Origin: an archaeon
GTDB lineage: Archaea; Asgardarchaeota; Thorarchaeia; Thorarchaeales; Thorarchaeaceae
Length of the DNA stretch: 32,000 nucleotides
Direction: 5' to 3'
NCBI GenBank assembly: GCA_024275415.1
Contig: JAJRZD010000082.1
Location: 51,731-83,730 of the forward strand
A program made the translations under genes and the position numbers. Positions within the stretch are counted from its first letter, which is position 1. Each line of letters starts with the position of its first letter. This document shows positions 1 through 8,904 of this stretch, one piece after another. A model generated the notes under the pieces. The model made no database searches. It saw nothing but the letters and a program-made list of their open reading frames with translations, and was not told the origin of the DNA.

Positions 1-875
1 GGTTTTCGCTGGATCTCTAACACATCCATGTTCCTGAAAATGATGTACTTCGCAATCTCTAGGATTGGGTTTCCTTCGACCTCGCCAGCAGGACAGTACG
101 CTTTCTTTATCTTCCGAGTGACCTCATCAGGCGAATCATGGATGAATATTGCAGAGTCAGCCTTGCTTTTCGACATCTTCGCGTCGAACTCAATATCATG
201 TCCCGGTACATCCATCCGTGATGGGCCTTGGAGCCCAGGCATGATGTGATGGTGTACTGCTGTGGGTTTCCACCATCCCAACTTCTCGCCAATCTCACGA
301 GCAAGCATGTTTGCCTTACGCTGATCCATGCCAAGCTGCGGGATGTTGACTTCGAGATGGAAAATGTCTGCGACTTGCATCATTGGATAAAAGAGCTGTG
401 CAGTTTCTTGGGATGCTGTTTCTTTGCGCCCCATGATCTGGAGACATCTATTGGTTCGGGCAACCGTGGTGTTTTTTGCTATCCGGATGACCTTCTCCCA
501 GTAGTCAGAGCTCTCGACCAGATCACTTGCCCAGACGATCTCGATCTTGTCCACTGGAACACCGCACGCTTCCCAAGCCTTGATCAAGTACCGGCCGACT
601 GCCTTGATCTTGTCAAGATCACCTCCCAGCTTGTCGTTGATCCATGCATGCCAGTCAGCAACAAGGATCTTGAAATGAACTCCGGCTTCGATCATGTCAT
701 TGACCTTGATGGTACGAAGGAGCCCTGTCGCTATGTGAGCCATCCCAGACGGTTCGAACCCATCATATGCTATCAATGGAACACCTGTTTCGATGAGGTT
801 CCTCAATTCCTCCGGCGTCACGATTTCCTCAGTGGGAGGAGCTGCTATCAGTTCGAATCTTCGTTCTGTGTCCAT
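1..875 (-). CDS. tyrS: Tyrosyl-tRNA synthetase, archaeal/eukaryote type (partial; 3' end runs off the window start)
   Basis: Manual translation from ATG at 875: MDTERRFELIAAPPTEEIVT...AYDGFEPSGMAHIATG (HIGH-like)...ADWHAWINDKLGGD...YPMMQVADI...GMDQRK...AKMSKSKADSAIFIHD (KMSKS)...KKAYCP. Open to the window edge. GGTGTGA lies just upstream of the start. Absent from the ORF track because it has no stop inside the window. Confidence 0.97.
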   Translation of the reverse strand, partial: MDTERRFELIAAPPTEEIVTPEELRNLIETGVPLIAYDGFEPSGMAHIATGLLRTIKVNDMIEAGVHFKILVADWHAWINDKLGGDLDKIKAVGRYLIKAWEACGVPVDKIEIVWASDLVESSDYWEKVIRIAKNTTVARTNRCLQIMGRKETASQETAQLFYPMMQVADIFHLEVNIPQLGMDQRKANMLAREIGEKLGWWKPTAVHHHIMPGLQGPSRMDVPGHDIEFDAKMSKSKADSAIFIHDSPDEVTRKIKKAYCPAGEVEGNPILEIAKYIIFRNMDVLEIQRK

Positions 876-1521
876 TGATATCACACCATATCGGGGGCTC
901 TGTTCAGTAAAAAACACTATCGTTTCCAAAGAGGGTGTTTCCGACGATAGTTGCTGATAATCTAACACCTATCTGACATTCTGTTGCTGGTAGTCTGAAC
1001 AGAAGAAAAGGTGGGCGCAATAACGAGGGTAACACTTGGCTGCCGCGCCACCACCTTTAACATTTTTTCGCCAAGTATTCCACTCGACCTGTTTTGAGGT
1101 CGGTGCAAGATACATTGCCGCACGCCATAGCAACGTATACGACCCTGCGAAGTTACTGCGCCCTTGATTCCTTGATTTCCATTGGGTCATGAACCAAGAT
1201 ATAGCTTGTGGTCAGGGTCATGAGCCCCAATCAGAAGTGAGGAAAGTGGTTTGGCACGAGGTTCTTTGTGTTTTTTCGTTGCTGTATATACCATGCTTTT
1301 TGTCCTTAAAAAGAATGCTGGTTTAGTTTTATGGTTCACAATACAGAATAGAACTGTATCAGAAGAGGAGCCCTGTTTCAAGTATCATTCTGATGAACCA
1401 TGACCGGTTTCTCGTAGAGAGTTGAATTCTGATGCCTGATAGATATGGAATTGTACCTCAATACCTTTTAGACAGGTCTTGGAATATCTTCAGAAGACGA
1501 GCGTAGTCAATCCCAGCACCA

Positions 1522-2040
1522 TCACACAGGACAACACAACTCTTTGGGATTTCGTTCTGTTTCGGGATTTCCCGAGTATAGAATGCTTGGGTGTATTCTA
1601 GGAGCTCCTCCACTAAGACGAGCCCCAGATATACTGCTCATACTAGCTAAAAGCCAAGCTTCATACATTTCTTTCGCACATACAATTGCTATGGGAGTTG
1701 ATGGATTCAATGCCTGGATCTGTCTTGCAAACGAAGGCGCCTTTGTGTAGGGACAATCGCCATCAGCATCAAGAAGAATCAAGATGCAGTCCGCCTCGTG
1801 TTCAAAGATGGCTAATTTTATGAGCTTGCGGATTCGCTCGACTCTTGTGATGCCACCTCGTCGTCTAATCGCGTGACTCAAACCATTTGATAGCGCATCG
1901 GCAGTAAAGTTGAAAATATCAAGGAAATTGCTCTTGCCTGAGCCATTTAATCCAACAAGGATTGTAATACTTCACAAGGACTGGTTCACTGACCTATAGC
2001 TCCTGAAGTTCGAAACGCGGATTCGCGTGATTCTCATCAT
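1522..2040 (-). pseudogene. Fusion remnant: N-terminus of an ABC/AAA_21-type ATPase joined in frame to the central/C-terminal part of a DUF4276 (TOPRIM-like) protein
   Basis: From 2040: MMRITRIRVSNFRSYRSVNQSL*SITILVGLNGSGKSNFLD (Walker A; in-frame TGA at 1974-1972)...HAIRRRGGI, continuing directly into TRVERIRKLIKLA...CILILLDADGDCP...EMYEAWLLAS, which are DUF4276-like motifs. Confidence 0.8.
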
Positions 2041-2308
2041 ATCAACCCGGATGGATGCCTTCAAAATGATAGTATCTATTCTTCATTTTATAGGATGAGG
2101 TACTAGGCTCCACGAAGGGTTGTTGTTCTTGACGCAGATTCCAAGTATCCGTGAGTTTCCCGGTGCTGTGCAAAGGCTCACTGGAGATTCTCAGGCACAT
2201 AGCACCAGTGAGGAGGCACACTCAGACTTCTTAAACGAGCACTTCACAATTCTCTCTATGAGTCATGAATATCATGATCAAGATTCGCGTCATCCATGTG
2301 ACAATCCC

Positions 2309-2315
2309 TTATAAA
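2309..2315 (+). promoter_or_regulatory. Candidate TATA box for the 2362-4467 gene
   Basis: TTATAAA about 45 nt upstream of the ATG; GGTGA RBS at 2352-2356. Confidence 0.4.
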
Positions 2316-2361
2316 CACAGCCTGCCCTAAACCTCATTACTCACAACGACCGGTGACATGA

Positions 2362-4467
2362 ATGAAACAAACAGCAACCGAAACTTGGTTGTCAGTTCTA
2401 CTCGTCCTCGTATTGCTTCTTTCGATGGCAGTAAACACTCGAGATGTTTCTCCTGATTTGAGGATTGAGACAAATCCCCCTCAACCAGAAGAGTCAACAA
2501 TGGATGGATTAGTCAAACAGGCCACAGCCCCCTCTCTTTGGCTAGAAAACGCCACTGTCAAGGTTTTCCGTGCCACTGATCCCAGCATTTCTTTGCACAC
2601 CATACCAAGAATTGCCAGCACGATGCAACTGGCTGTTGCCAGAAATGGAGTGGACTTCTTTCAGGCAGTTGTCACAGCTGGGGCATCCTCTCTCACGAGT
2701 GTGTCCATATCAGTCAGTGATCTAAAGGGTTCAGGAACGAACCAAATCGGCTCAAATAACGTTCGTATCTTTCTTGAATACTATATCAACGTACGTTCGA
2801 ATACTTGGTACGAAAGCGTCATCAATTATGAGCTGGGATATTACCCTGACGCGCTAGTTCCCTTGAGTTCGCCATTCGATGTTGCTGCGGGCCAGAATCA
2901 ACCATTATGGATTGAGATCAAGATCCCTAGTAGCGCCATCTCAGACACCTACACAGGCACACTTACTTTCTCAGGGGGGATCTCAGGTACTCTAACTTTC
3001 AGTGTCAAAGTTCTGGATTTCGTTATTCCATCCAAGACAGGGTTATTCAACCCAGCGTATGCAGACTTCTGGGAACTTGACCCTAATGGTGCCATGTCAG
3101 AATCAGAATTCGACAGCCTAGTTCAAACCTACACAGAATTCTTCGCAGACCGTGATATCTGCGTAACTGACTCGATTGATTTTGCCGATGCGCCCATGGA
3201 AACAGGAGGCACTTGGGAGTTCAGCAGTTGGCTAGATGGTATGCGCCCTCTCTTGGACGGGGGTCTTCGAAATGCCTTTCAACCCCCCGTGCTCAGAGTG
3301 CCAGTTGACTTCGTTATTCTTGGTGAAGATGAAACCACGGCACATTCAACAAGTGCTCAAAACAAGTATGTCGATTTTCTCATCGAGTTCAAGACATTCA
3401 TCACGTCTCAAGCAGTCATCTCACCTGACACGAAATGGTACGTTTGGATTGATGAACTGGACGAACCCGATTCTGACAACATGGCTTCGCTAATAGCACT
3501 ATACTCAAATCTGACAGAACAGGTCAATGACGAAGACTTCCAGTTTCACTATCGTGTGGATGGATCCATCGATTGGCAGAGTGAGTCAATCGCAATCGAC
3601 TTGAAGACAGACCCTACAGATTGGACTGACCTTTCTGACAAGTTTACAATTTGGCTGACCCCTATAGAAGATTTCGAGTTTGATTTACAGTATGTTCAGG
3701 AGAGGCTAGGTGAGAACAGAAAGATTCTGATTTACCAACAGGCGTGGACTGCTCTAGATGTAGGAGATGAAGATATTCCTCCCGGTTTTCCAAATCGCAT
3801 CTACGAATTTCCATCGTTGCCAGGAATTGTCAACCCAGCTCTCTTTCATCGAATTCTTCCGTGGTTTGCGTGGAAGTATCATGCTGCAGGTATTGGCTTT
3901 TGGGCCACGATGGCTTGGTACAATGCATTGACAGACACAATGGTCGATGTCTGGACGGCTGACCCAGCGTTATGGATCATAGGCGGCGAGAATCCTCTTC
4001 AATCACAGAATGGAGATGGGTTCCTAGTCTACCCGGGCGACAAGGTGCAGCAACACACAGGACAAGATGATGTTAAGGGTCCTGTGTCATCTATTCGGCT
4101 GGAGTTGTTCCGAAAAGGGTTAGAAGACTACAAGTATCTTAGCCTTCTTACTAACAACCAAGACGCACTTGGGAATCCAGCAGAGCAGCTGATCATAGAC
4201 ACACAAACCGTATTGGCTTCAATAAGCTCCTTTGAGCGCGATTACACGAAGTATGACAATCTGATATACCAAATCAAAGAGTTGCTTCACAAAAACTCGT
4301 TGTTATTGGAAACAGCACTGCCACTAATAGACTGGAATCTGCCTAGTGAATCTTCAACACCAGCTTTCACAAGTGGCAACGAAGTGACTCTTGTGTTGTA
4401 TATCACATTTGGGGCAATCGGAGTGACCACCGTTGTGATCTGGATAATCAGGTACAAGAAAAGATAG
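2362..4467 (+). CDS. Secreted, C-terminally membrane-anchored DUF4091 / GH123-like glycoside hydrolase (701 aa)
   Basis: N-terminal hydrophobic signal (WLSVLLVLVLLLSMA). ARNGVDFFQAVV resembles the GH123 N-terminal motif. Also YVWIDELDEP, GDGFLVYPG and SIRLELFRKGLEDYKYL (DUF4091-type C-domain). C-terminal TM (LVLYITFGAIGVTTVVIWII) followed by RYKKR. Confidence 0.7.
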   Translation: MKQTATETWLSVLLVLVLLLSMAVNTRDVSPDLRIETNPPQPEESTMDGLVKQATAPSLWLENATVKVFRATDPSISLHTIPRIASTMQLAVARNGVDFFQAVVTAGASSLTSVSISVSDLKGSGTNQIGSNNVRIFLEYYINVRSNTWYESVINYELGYYPDALVPLSSPFDVAAGQNQPLWIEIKIPSSAISDTYTGTLTFSGGISGTLTFSVKVLDFVIPSKTGLFNPAYADFWELDPNGAMSESEFDSLVQTYTEFFADRDICVTDSIDFADAPMETGGTWEFSSWLDGMRPLLDGGLRNAFQPPVLRVPVDFVILGEDETTAHSTSAQNKYVDFLIEFKTFITSQAVISPDTKWYVWIDELDEPDSDNMASLIALYSNLTEQVNDEDFQFHYRVDGSIDWQSESIAIDLKTDPTDWTDLSDKFTIWLTPIEDFEFDLQYVQERLGENRKILIYQQAWTALDVGDEDIPPGFPNRIYEFPSLPGIVNPALFHRILPWFAWKYHAAGIGFWATMAWYNALTDTMVDVWTADPALWIIGGENPLQSQNGDGFLVYPGDKVQQHTGQDDVKGPVSSIRLELFRKGLEDYKYLSLLTNNQDALGNPAEQLIIDTQTVLASISSFERDYTKYDNLIYQIKELLHKNSLLLETALPLIDWNLPSESSTPAFTSGNEVTLVLYITFGAIGVTTVVIWIIRYKKR

Positions 4468-4525
4468 AATGTGAATGACATTCATTGGATTCGTCCGTCT
4501 GCACTGTGTGACATAGCATAAATCA

Positions 4526-4777
4526 TCAGAGTTTGTTCAACTTGCGATGAACAGTGGAACATGGAAGTTTCGCCGTCCATTGTATGGCGATCTCTCCTTC
4601 TCCAATTACACAGATGTCTGCCTTGGTCTTTTCTAATATGATGTCTGGAATAGAAGTTGCATGGGCACCACCAATGATTATTTTGGCATTGTGATTGACA
4701 TCCTTTAAGATACGACTAAATCATTTCACGCACGTATAACTGGATATTATCCCTCCGATTCCCACAACATCAAAATC
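4526..4777 (-). pseudogene. Remnant of a cobalamin-binding domain of the B12-dependent radical SAM type
   Basis: DFDVVGIGGIISSYTCVK*FSRILKDVNHNAKIIIGGAHATSIPDIILEKTKADICVIGEGE. In-frame TGA at 4723-4721. No start codon and no radical SAM CxxxCxxC domain follows. Confidence 0.75.
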
Positions 4778-4779
4778 GC

Positions 4780-5014
4780 TTAGACGACATCAGCAGCAAG
4801 AAGAATTAGAATGCAATTGGGATTATGCTCCAAGATTGGCAATGTGATTAGCTTGTAGATATTTTTCGATTCGTAGGATATCACCTCTACCTTGTGCTTT
4901 TAGAACAGTTTCGGTACTGATTGAATCAAAATTCAAATAATTTATGACCTTTGGGAGAAGAACTCTCATTGTATCGGGCTCTCCATGTCCTTCAACAATT
5001 GAAACTAAGTTCAT
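4780..5014 (-). pseudogene. DUF4276 (TOPRIM-like) N-terminal remnant, frameshifted and truncated
   Basis: MNLVSIVEGHGEPDTMRVLL (EG..E motif), stop at 4825-4823, then a shifted frame reads NCILILLAADVV*. Bases 4788-4815 match 1761-1788 at 24/28 positions. Confidence 0.75.
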
Positions 5015-5019
5015 GAGTG

Positions 5020-5394
5020 CTACTCCTGTGAAGCAATTCGCAATCCTTCAATCTTGAGGAGTCCTCCAGTCGTGAAGAGTTTCGTCCTTACTACTTCAAT
5101 TTGCTTCCTGTCAGGAGTGCTTATCCTGCTAATCCCATTTGACATTTCTACAATACGTAAATGTTCCACATTGAAGAGAACGATGAGATATGGACTGTGT
5201 GTTGTAACGAGTGCCAGTGAATGGTCTGACGCTTCTATCAAAGATTCTGCGATGATTGGAAGTACTTCAGGATGCACAGTCAGTTCTGGCTCTTCAATTC
5301 CAATGATTGAGAGGGCAGGACCCGAATGGATTGTAGTAAAAATGGCCAGGAAACGGAGAGATCCATCCGAAACCTGAACCAATTGATATTGTGA
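5020..5394 (-). pseudogene. C-terminal remnant of an ABC/AAA_21-type ATPase
   Basis: LVQVSDGSLRFLAI (signature-like), IIGIEEPELTVHP (Walker B/D-loop), LVTTHSPYL (H-loop). No Walker A; in-frame stops lie upstream. It ends 5 nt before the DUF4276 ATG. Confidence 0.8.
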
Positions 5395-5454
5395 GTTTTA
5401 GAGTCTGCAGCGTAGTCATTCTACAAGACTGGCGAAATCCCAGAGAATAGAAGA

Positions 5455-6465
5455 TTACCTCATCTTCTCCTCGTAGAAGATGTTAGGGTCGTAGGTCTTT
5501 GGCCATTCTGGAGCATTGTCGAGGATTACCTCTATCTCGTCCAGAGTTGATGCTGTGAGGTTCACATCTGACGCCTTCACATTCTCTATCACATGCTCAG
5601 GCTTGGTCGCACCAATAAGGACAGCAGATATCTCAGGGCGCCTGAGAATCCAAGCCAGTGCAAGCTGCGTCATGGTGATGTCCATCGACTTTGCAATATC
5701 GGTTAATTTCACAATTTTCTGTCGTACCTCTTCGGTGAGGTACTTGAGGAACCCCTCGGACCGGCTACCGCGACTGCCTTCTGGAATCCCATCGTTGTAC
5801 TTCCCGGTAAGGATTCCCTGATAGAGAGGACTCCAGACTGTGAAGCCCATTCCATGGCTCTGTGCCACAGGCATGATCTCCAGCTCGATGTGACGGAAGA
5901 GCATGTTGTACATCGGCTGCTCCACGATGGGTCTCTGAAGACCGTGTTCCTTCGCAATAGCATGGACGCGTTCCAGTTGAGCGGCTGTCCAGACCGATGT
6001 TCCCCAATACCTGATCTTACCGGAATGCACGAGGTCGTCCATCGTTTCAACGGTTTCTCGTAACGGCGTGGTGTGGTCGAACCTATGAAGATAGTAGATG
6101 TCTAAATGGTCAGTTCCCAGCCGTCCAAGCGTTCCCTCTATCGCATTCATGATATTCTTCCGACTGTTCCCCCAGTCAGTTATTGCATCGCTTGTGGGCC
6201 AGAAGACCTTGCTTGATATCACTATGTTCTTGCGGTCAATGGTTTCGTCGCGCAACCACTCGCCGATGACCTGCTCTGCCTTCCCTCGGGCATAGATTTC
6301 GGCCGAGTCGATGAAGTTTATTCCTTCGTCAAGAGCTGTAGTCATGCACTGTTTTGCTATCTCGTTCTCTACGGTGCCACCATAGGTCAACCAAGACCCT
6401 AGCGATAGCTCAGATATCTTCAATCCGCTTTTTCCAACACGTCGGTATCTCATAGTATCTCCCAC
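5455..6465 (-). CDS. Aldo/keto reductase (Kv-beta-like oxidoreductase), 336 aa
   Basis: YRRVGKSGLKISELSLGSW, GINFIDSAEIY, VISSKV, RLGTDHLDIYYLHRFD, GKIRYWGTS, EQPMYN, WSPLYQGILTGKY, QLALAWIL, LIGATKPEHVIENVKA. Confidence 0.95.
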   Translation of the reverse strand: MGDTMRYRRVGKSGLKISELSLGSWLTYGGTVENEIAKQCMTTALDEGINFIDSAEIYARGKAEQVIGEWLRDETIDRKNIVISSKVFWPTSDAITDWGNSRKNIMNAIEGTLGRLGTDHLDIYYLHRFDHTTPLRETVETMDDLVHSGKIRYWGTSVWTAAQLERVHAIAKEHGLQRPIVEQPMYNMLFRHIELEIMPVAQSHGMGFTVWSPLYQGILTGKYNDGIPEGSRGSRSEGFLKYLTEEVRQKIVKLTDIAKSMDITMTQLALAWILRRPEISAVLIGATKPEHVIENVKASDVNLTASTLDEIEVILDNAPEWPKTYDPNIFYEEKMR

Positions 6466-6834
6466 TCCAAACCAACCGGTTAACTATATATAACTCATAG
6501 CTTGTGGTCTTTGCAGTAAGTGTCGAATGGCTCTTCAAAAATTGTAGATGGATTGAGTGATACAGGTAACCGCATGGTAGGAATTAAGCACATATCTAAG
6601 GAGTCTTCTCAAAGAATTTGTGACTGTAATAGAAGGATTGTCAACATGTACACAAAACTAGGCAATCCTAGGTATCCTCTTGCAGTGGCTTGAATATCTT
6701 CGAAGGTATCAGCTGATGAGGTTATCGATACGTGAAGCAATACTCTGGAGTCATTCCTACTGCGGTTCATCAAGGAGAAAACGATACTTTGGAACTTGCT
6801 GTTAACGGGTACAAAAAGGATAGAGAGAAAGAAT

Positions 6835-7629
6835 CTACTCAATAATAGATTGAATAACTTTTTTTGAAGTTCCTTTTCTCGCAATCCTCTGTTTTGCACC
6901 CCACCTAGTGATATTAAGACGTCTTTCGACTAGTTGGACATACTCCTCTTCCAGATCGCATAGGATTACTTTGCGTCCTAGACTCTCACAAACGACACCT
7001 GTTGTTCCAGAACCGCACATGGGATCCAAGACGACGTCGCCTTCCTTTGTGGTCATCTTTATTAAAGGTTCAAAAACTCTAGTAGGTTTTTGGGCGGGGT
7101 GACCAGTTTGTTCATGCTTGCGAACAAAACCTATTTCCAATGGGGCTTCTAATACAGACGTTGGTCCTGGTATATAACGAAGTTTTCCTTCAGCCTGTTT
7201 TCTCAGCTGTTTTTCATTTAGAAAGTGTTCGGGATATATCATTGCATTAGGCTTAGAAAAATGAAGACAAGCATTCTGTGCAGACCGCCACCCTCTTTGG
7301 ACACTTGGACAGTTCTTATAGTACCATGTCAGCCATGTATTGAATACAAGTCCTTCTGGAATATGATTCAACACTCGGTAGACGATTTCTGGAAATCCCC
7401 ACAAGAAAATATGGTCGCTTATTCGTGCTGATTCGGTTAGAATAAGCACTAGCCATTCAATGTAATCATTCCGAACGCCTCCTACTCCGGAATTGTACCA
7501 AGGATCCAGAATTGTAGTAGTAATGGGCCTGTCAATCATCCTAAGAGTTTCGAGTACATCACCTGGGGGAAGAAGAAGAACGCCCTCATCTTGTAGTGCA
7601 TCCCAAAATGATTCATCGATGAGTGACAT
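6835..7629 (-). CDS. Amino-DNA methyltransferase, beta class (N6-adenine/N4-cytosine), of a type II R-M system
   Basis: Motif IV variant ILDPWYN precedes HPAQKP and motif I VLDPMCGSGTT, which is beta order. Start placed at ATG 7629 (MSLIDE, 264 aa) after GGAGA; ATG 7644 is the alternative. Confidence 0.9.
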   Translation of the reverse strand: MSLIDESFWDALQDEGVLLLPPGDVLETLRMIDRPITTTILDPWYNSGVGGVRNDYIEWLVLILTESARISDHIFLWGFPEIVYRVLNHIPEGLVFNTWLTWYYKNCPSVQRGWRSAQNACLHFSKPNAMIYPEHFLNEKQLRKQAEGKLRYIPGPTSVLEAPLEIGFVRKHEQTGHPAQKPTRVFEPLIKMTTKEGDVVLDPMCGSGTTGVVCESLGRKVILCDLEEEYVQLVERRLNITRWGAKQRIARKGTSKKVIQSIIE

Positions 7630-7665
7630 GAAATTATCTCCCATGGTAGTGGCATATTGTCTAGT

Positions 7666-7681
7666 ATTATATAAGTATAAT
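7666..7681. promoter_or_regulatory. Inverted repeat ATTATA-N4-TATAAT in the 70-bp divergent M / wHTH-R intergenic region; candidate bidirectional TATA/operator
   Basis: Perfect 6-bp arms read directly from the sequence, lying between two divergent starts (7629 and 7700). Confidence 0.5.
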
Positions 7682-7699
7682 GGTTGGAGGTTCAAATTT

Positions 7700-7975
7700 G
7701 TGCAAAAACTTTGTCGGGCACTGGGTAAAAAAAATGCCATCATATTAATGGAACTCCTAGAGAAAAGACAGGAAATACATTTCAATGAATTGACACGAGT
7801 TCTTGAAACTGACCCGAAAACAATTTCCCGTCGGCTGAATGAACAGATGGAGCTAGGTCTTATTCGCAAACGAATAGAGGGAATTAATTCATATTATTCG
7901 CTAAGCGAAAAGGGATCAAAGGTTTTATCGATTCTTGAACAGCTTAAATCTCTGGATAGGAGGTTGAAAAGCTGA
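7700..7975 (+). CDS. Small winged-helix regulator (HxlR/ArsR-like), 91 aa, in the controller position of the R-M cassette
   Basis: GTG at 7700 after GGAGG (7686-7690). LGKKNAIILMELLEKRQEIHFNELTRVLETDPKTISRRLNEQMELGLIRKR...YYSLSEKG fits a wHTH pattern. Confidence 0.85.
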   Translation: MQKLCRALGKKNAIILMELLEKRQEIHFNELTRVLETDPKTISRRLNEQMELGLIRKRIEGINSYYSLSEKGSKVLSILEQLKSLDRRLKS

Positions 7976-8010
7976 ACAAGCCAGATATCGGAGAGATCAA
8001 AGGATCTTAT

Positions 8011-8628
8011 TTGCAAAGTAGTGTGAAAAAAAGGATTGAAGCATTGTTCCTTGATAACATTGGCAAAATTGTGACACGTGAAATGATAATTGAAGTTGCT
8101 AGAGATCCTAACTCGGGCGTAAATCCTGAGAATTGGCATCAGCGACTTTCTGAACTTAGAACGAACGATGGCTATGAGATACTTTCCTACAGGGATCGTA
8201 ACTGGTTAAAAACAGGCCAATATCTAATGGAAACATCTGAGAAAAACGAACGTGCATCGTCACGGGTAATAATTGACCCCGAAACATGGAAAGAAGTGCT
8301 GAAACGTGCTGGATATAGTTGTCAATGGAAAGATGGTAATACTGAATGCGGGCTAAAACAAGGGGATACAGATCCTGTTGGTGGTGGAACTGTAAGACTG
8401 ACACCTGACCATCTTACACCACATTCAGTCGATCCAAAAATCGATCCTAAAGATCCTAACAAATGGCAAGCTTTGTGTGGAAGACATCAAATCATGAAAA
8501 AGAATTACTGGGATGACCAGACTGGGAAATTAAATACATATGCAATCGTTCAGTCTGCATCAATAGATGAGAAAAGGGAAATCTACAGGTTTCTGCAGCA
8601 GTTTTTTGGCGATGAAAATACTGAATGA
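8011..8628 (+). CDS. HNH-type restriction endonuclease, R.KpnI-like (205 aa)
   Basis: RIEALFLDNIGK...PENWHQRLSELRT...YSCQW...CGL..GD.DPVGGGTVRLTPDH.TPHS.DP...WQALCGRHQ.MKKNYWD is collinear with R.KpnI as I recall it. The catalytic D-H and Q and the C-C-C-H zinc ligands are all present. Confidence 0.9.
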   Translation: MQSSVKKRIEALFLDNIGKIVTREMIIEVARDPNSGVNPENWHQRLSELRTNDGYEILSYRDRNWLKTGQYLMETSEKNERASSRVIIDPETWKEVLKRAGYSCQWKDGNTECGLKQGDTDPVGGGTVRLTPDHLTPHSVDPKIDPKDPNKWQALCGRHQIMKKNYWDDQTGKLNTYAIVQSASIDEKREIYRFLQQFFGDENTE

Positions 8629-8904
8629 ATACTTGACTGTGGATGTATCCCGCAACTAAGGTTGCCAACAGTTGCACAAAACCTGTGGAGGAATATCTAC
8701 CACTTAGTTCACTTGAAAATTGATGTGGATTTTCATATTTCCTAGATTATGAACAGTATTTTGATCGATAATGCATATCCTTGCAATAACCTATTAGCAT
8801 CAATGCTACATTTACCTCGAATAAATGATAAGACTGAGGCTCCAATAAGACTAAAATAAGTGTATATGAAACTAATAGGCGAAATGGTTTGCAGGGGATT
8901 TGTT

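Noticed and set aside
228-878. 216-aa plus-strand ORF (and the short ORFs 28-249 and 107-334)
   Set aside because: Antisense or alternate-frame shadows of tyrS, which has unambiguous motifs on the minus strand.
969-1520. Short minus-strand ORFs 969-1190 and 1187-1381, and frame VVLCDGAGIDYARLLKIFQDLSKRY
   Set aside because: No family recognised and no clear RBS. Possibly more debris, but not supportable from sequence alone.
1972-4723. In-frame TGA codons at 1974-1972 and 4723-4721 as selenocysteine or recoding
   Set aside because: Neither sits at a catalytic Cys-like position, and both lie in fragments that are also truncated or fused. Nonsense mutation is simpler.
1522-5394. A single ATPase-DUF4276 operon circularly permuted or split by insertion
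   Set aside because: Both pieces contain the same CILILLxAD segment with 4 differences in 28 nt, so they come from two copies.
7493-7869. Long overlapping 5' extensions of the MTase (to 7869) and wHTH (from 7493) ORFs
   Set aside because: They overlap each other head to head. RBS-supported starts at 7629 and 7700 leave a plausible 70-bp divergent promoter.
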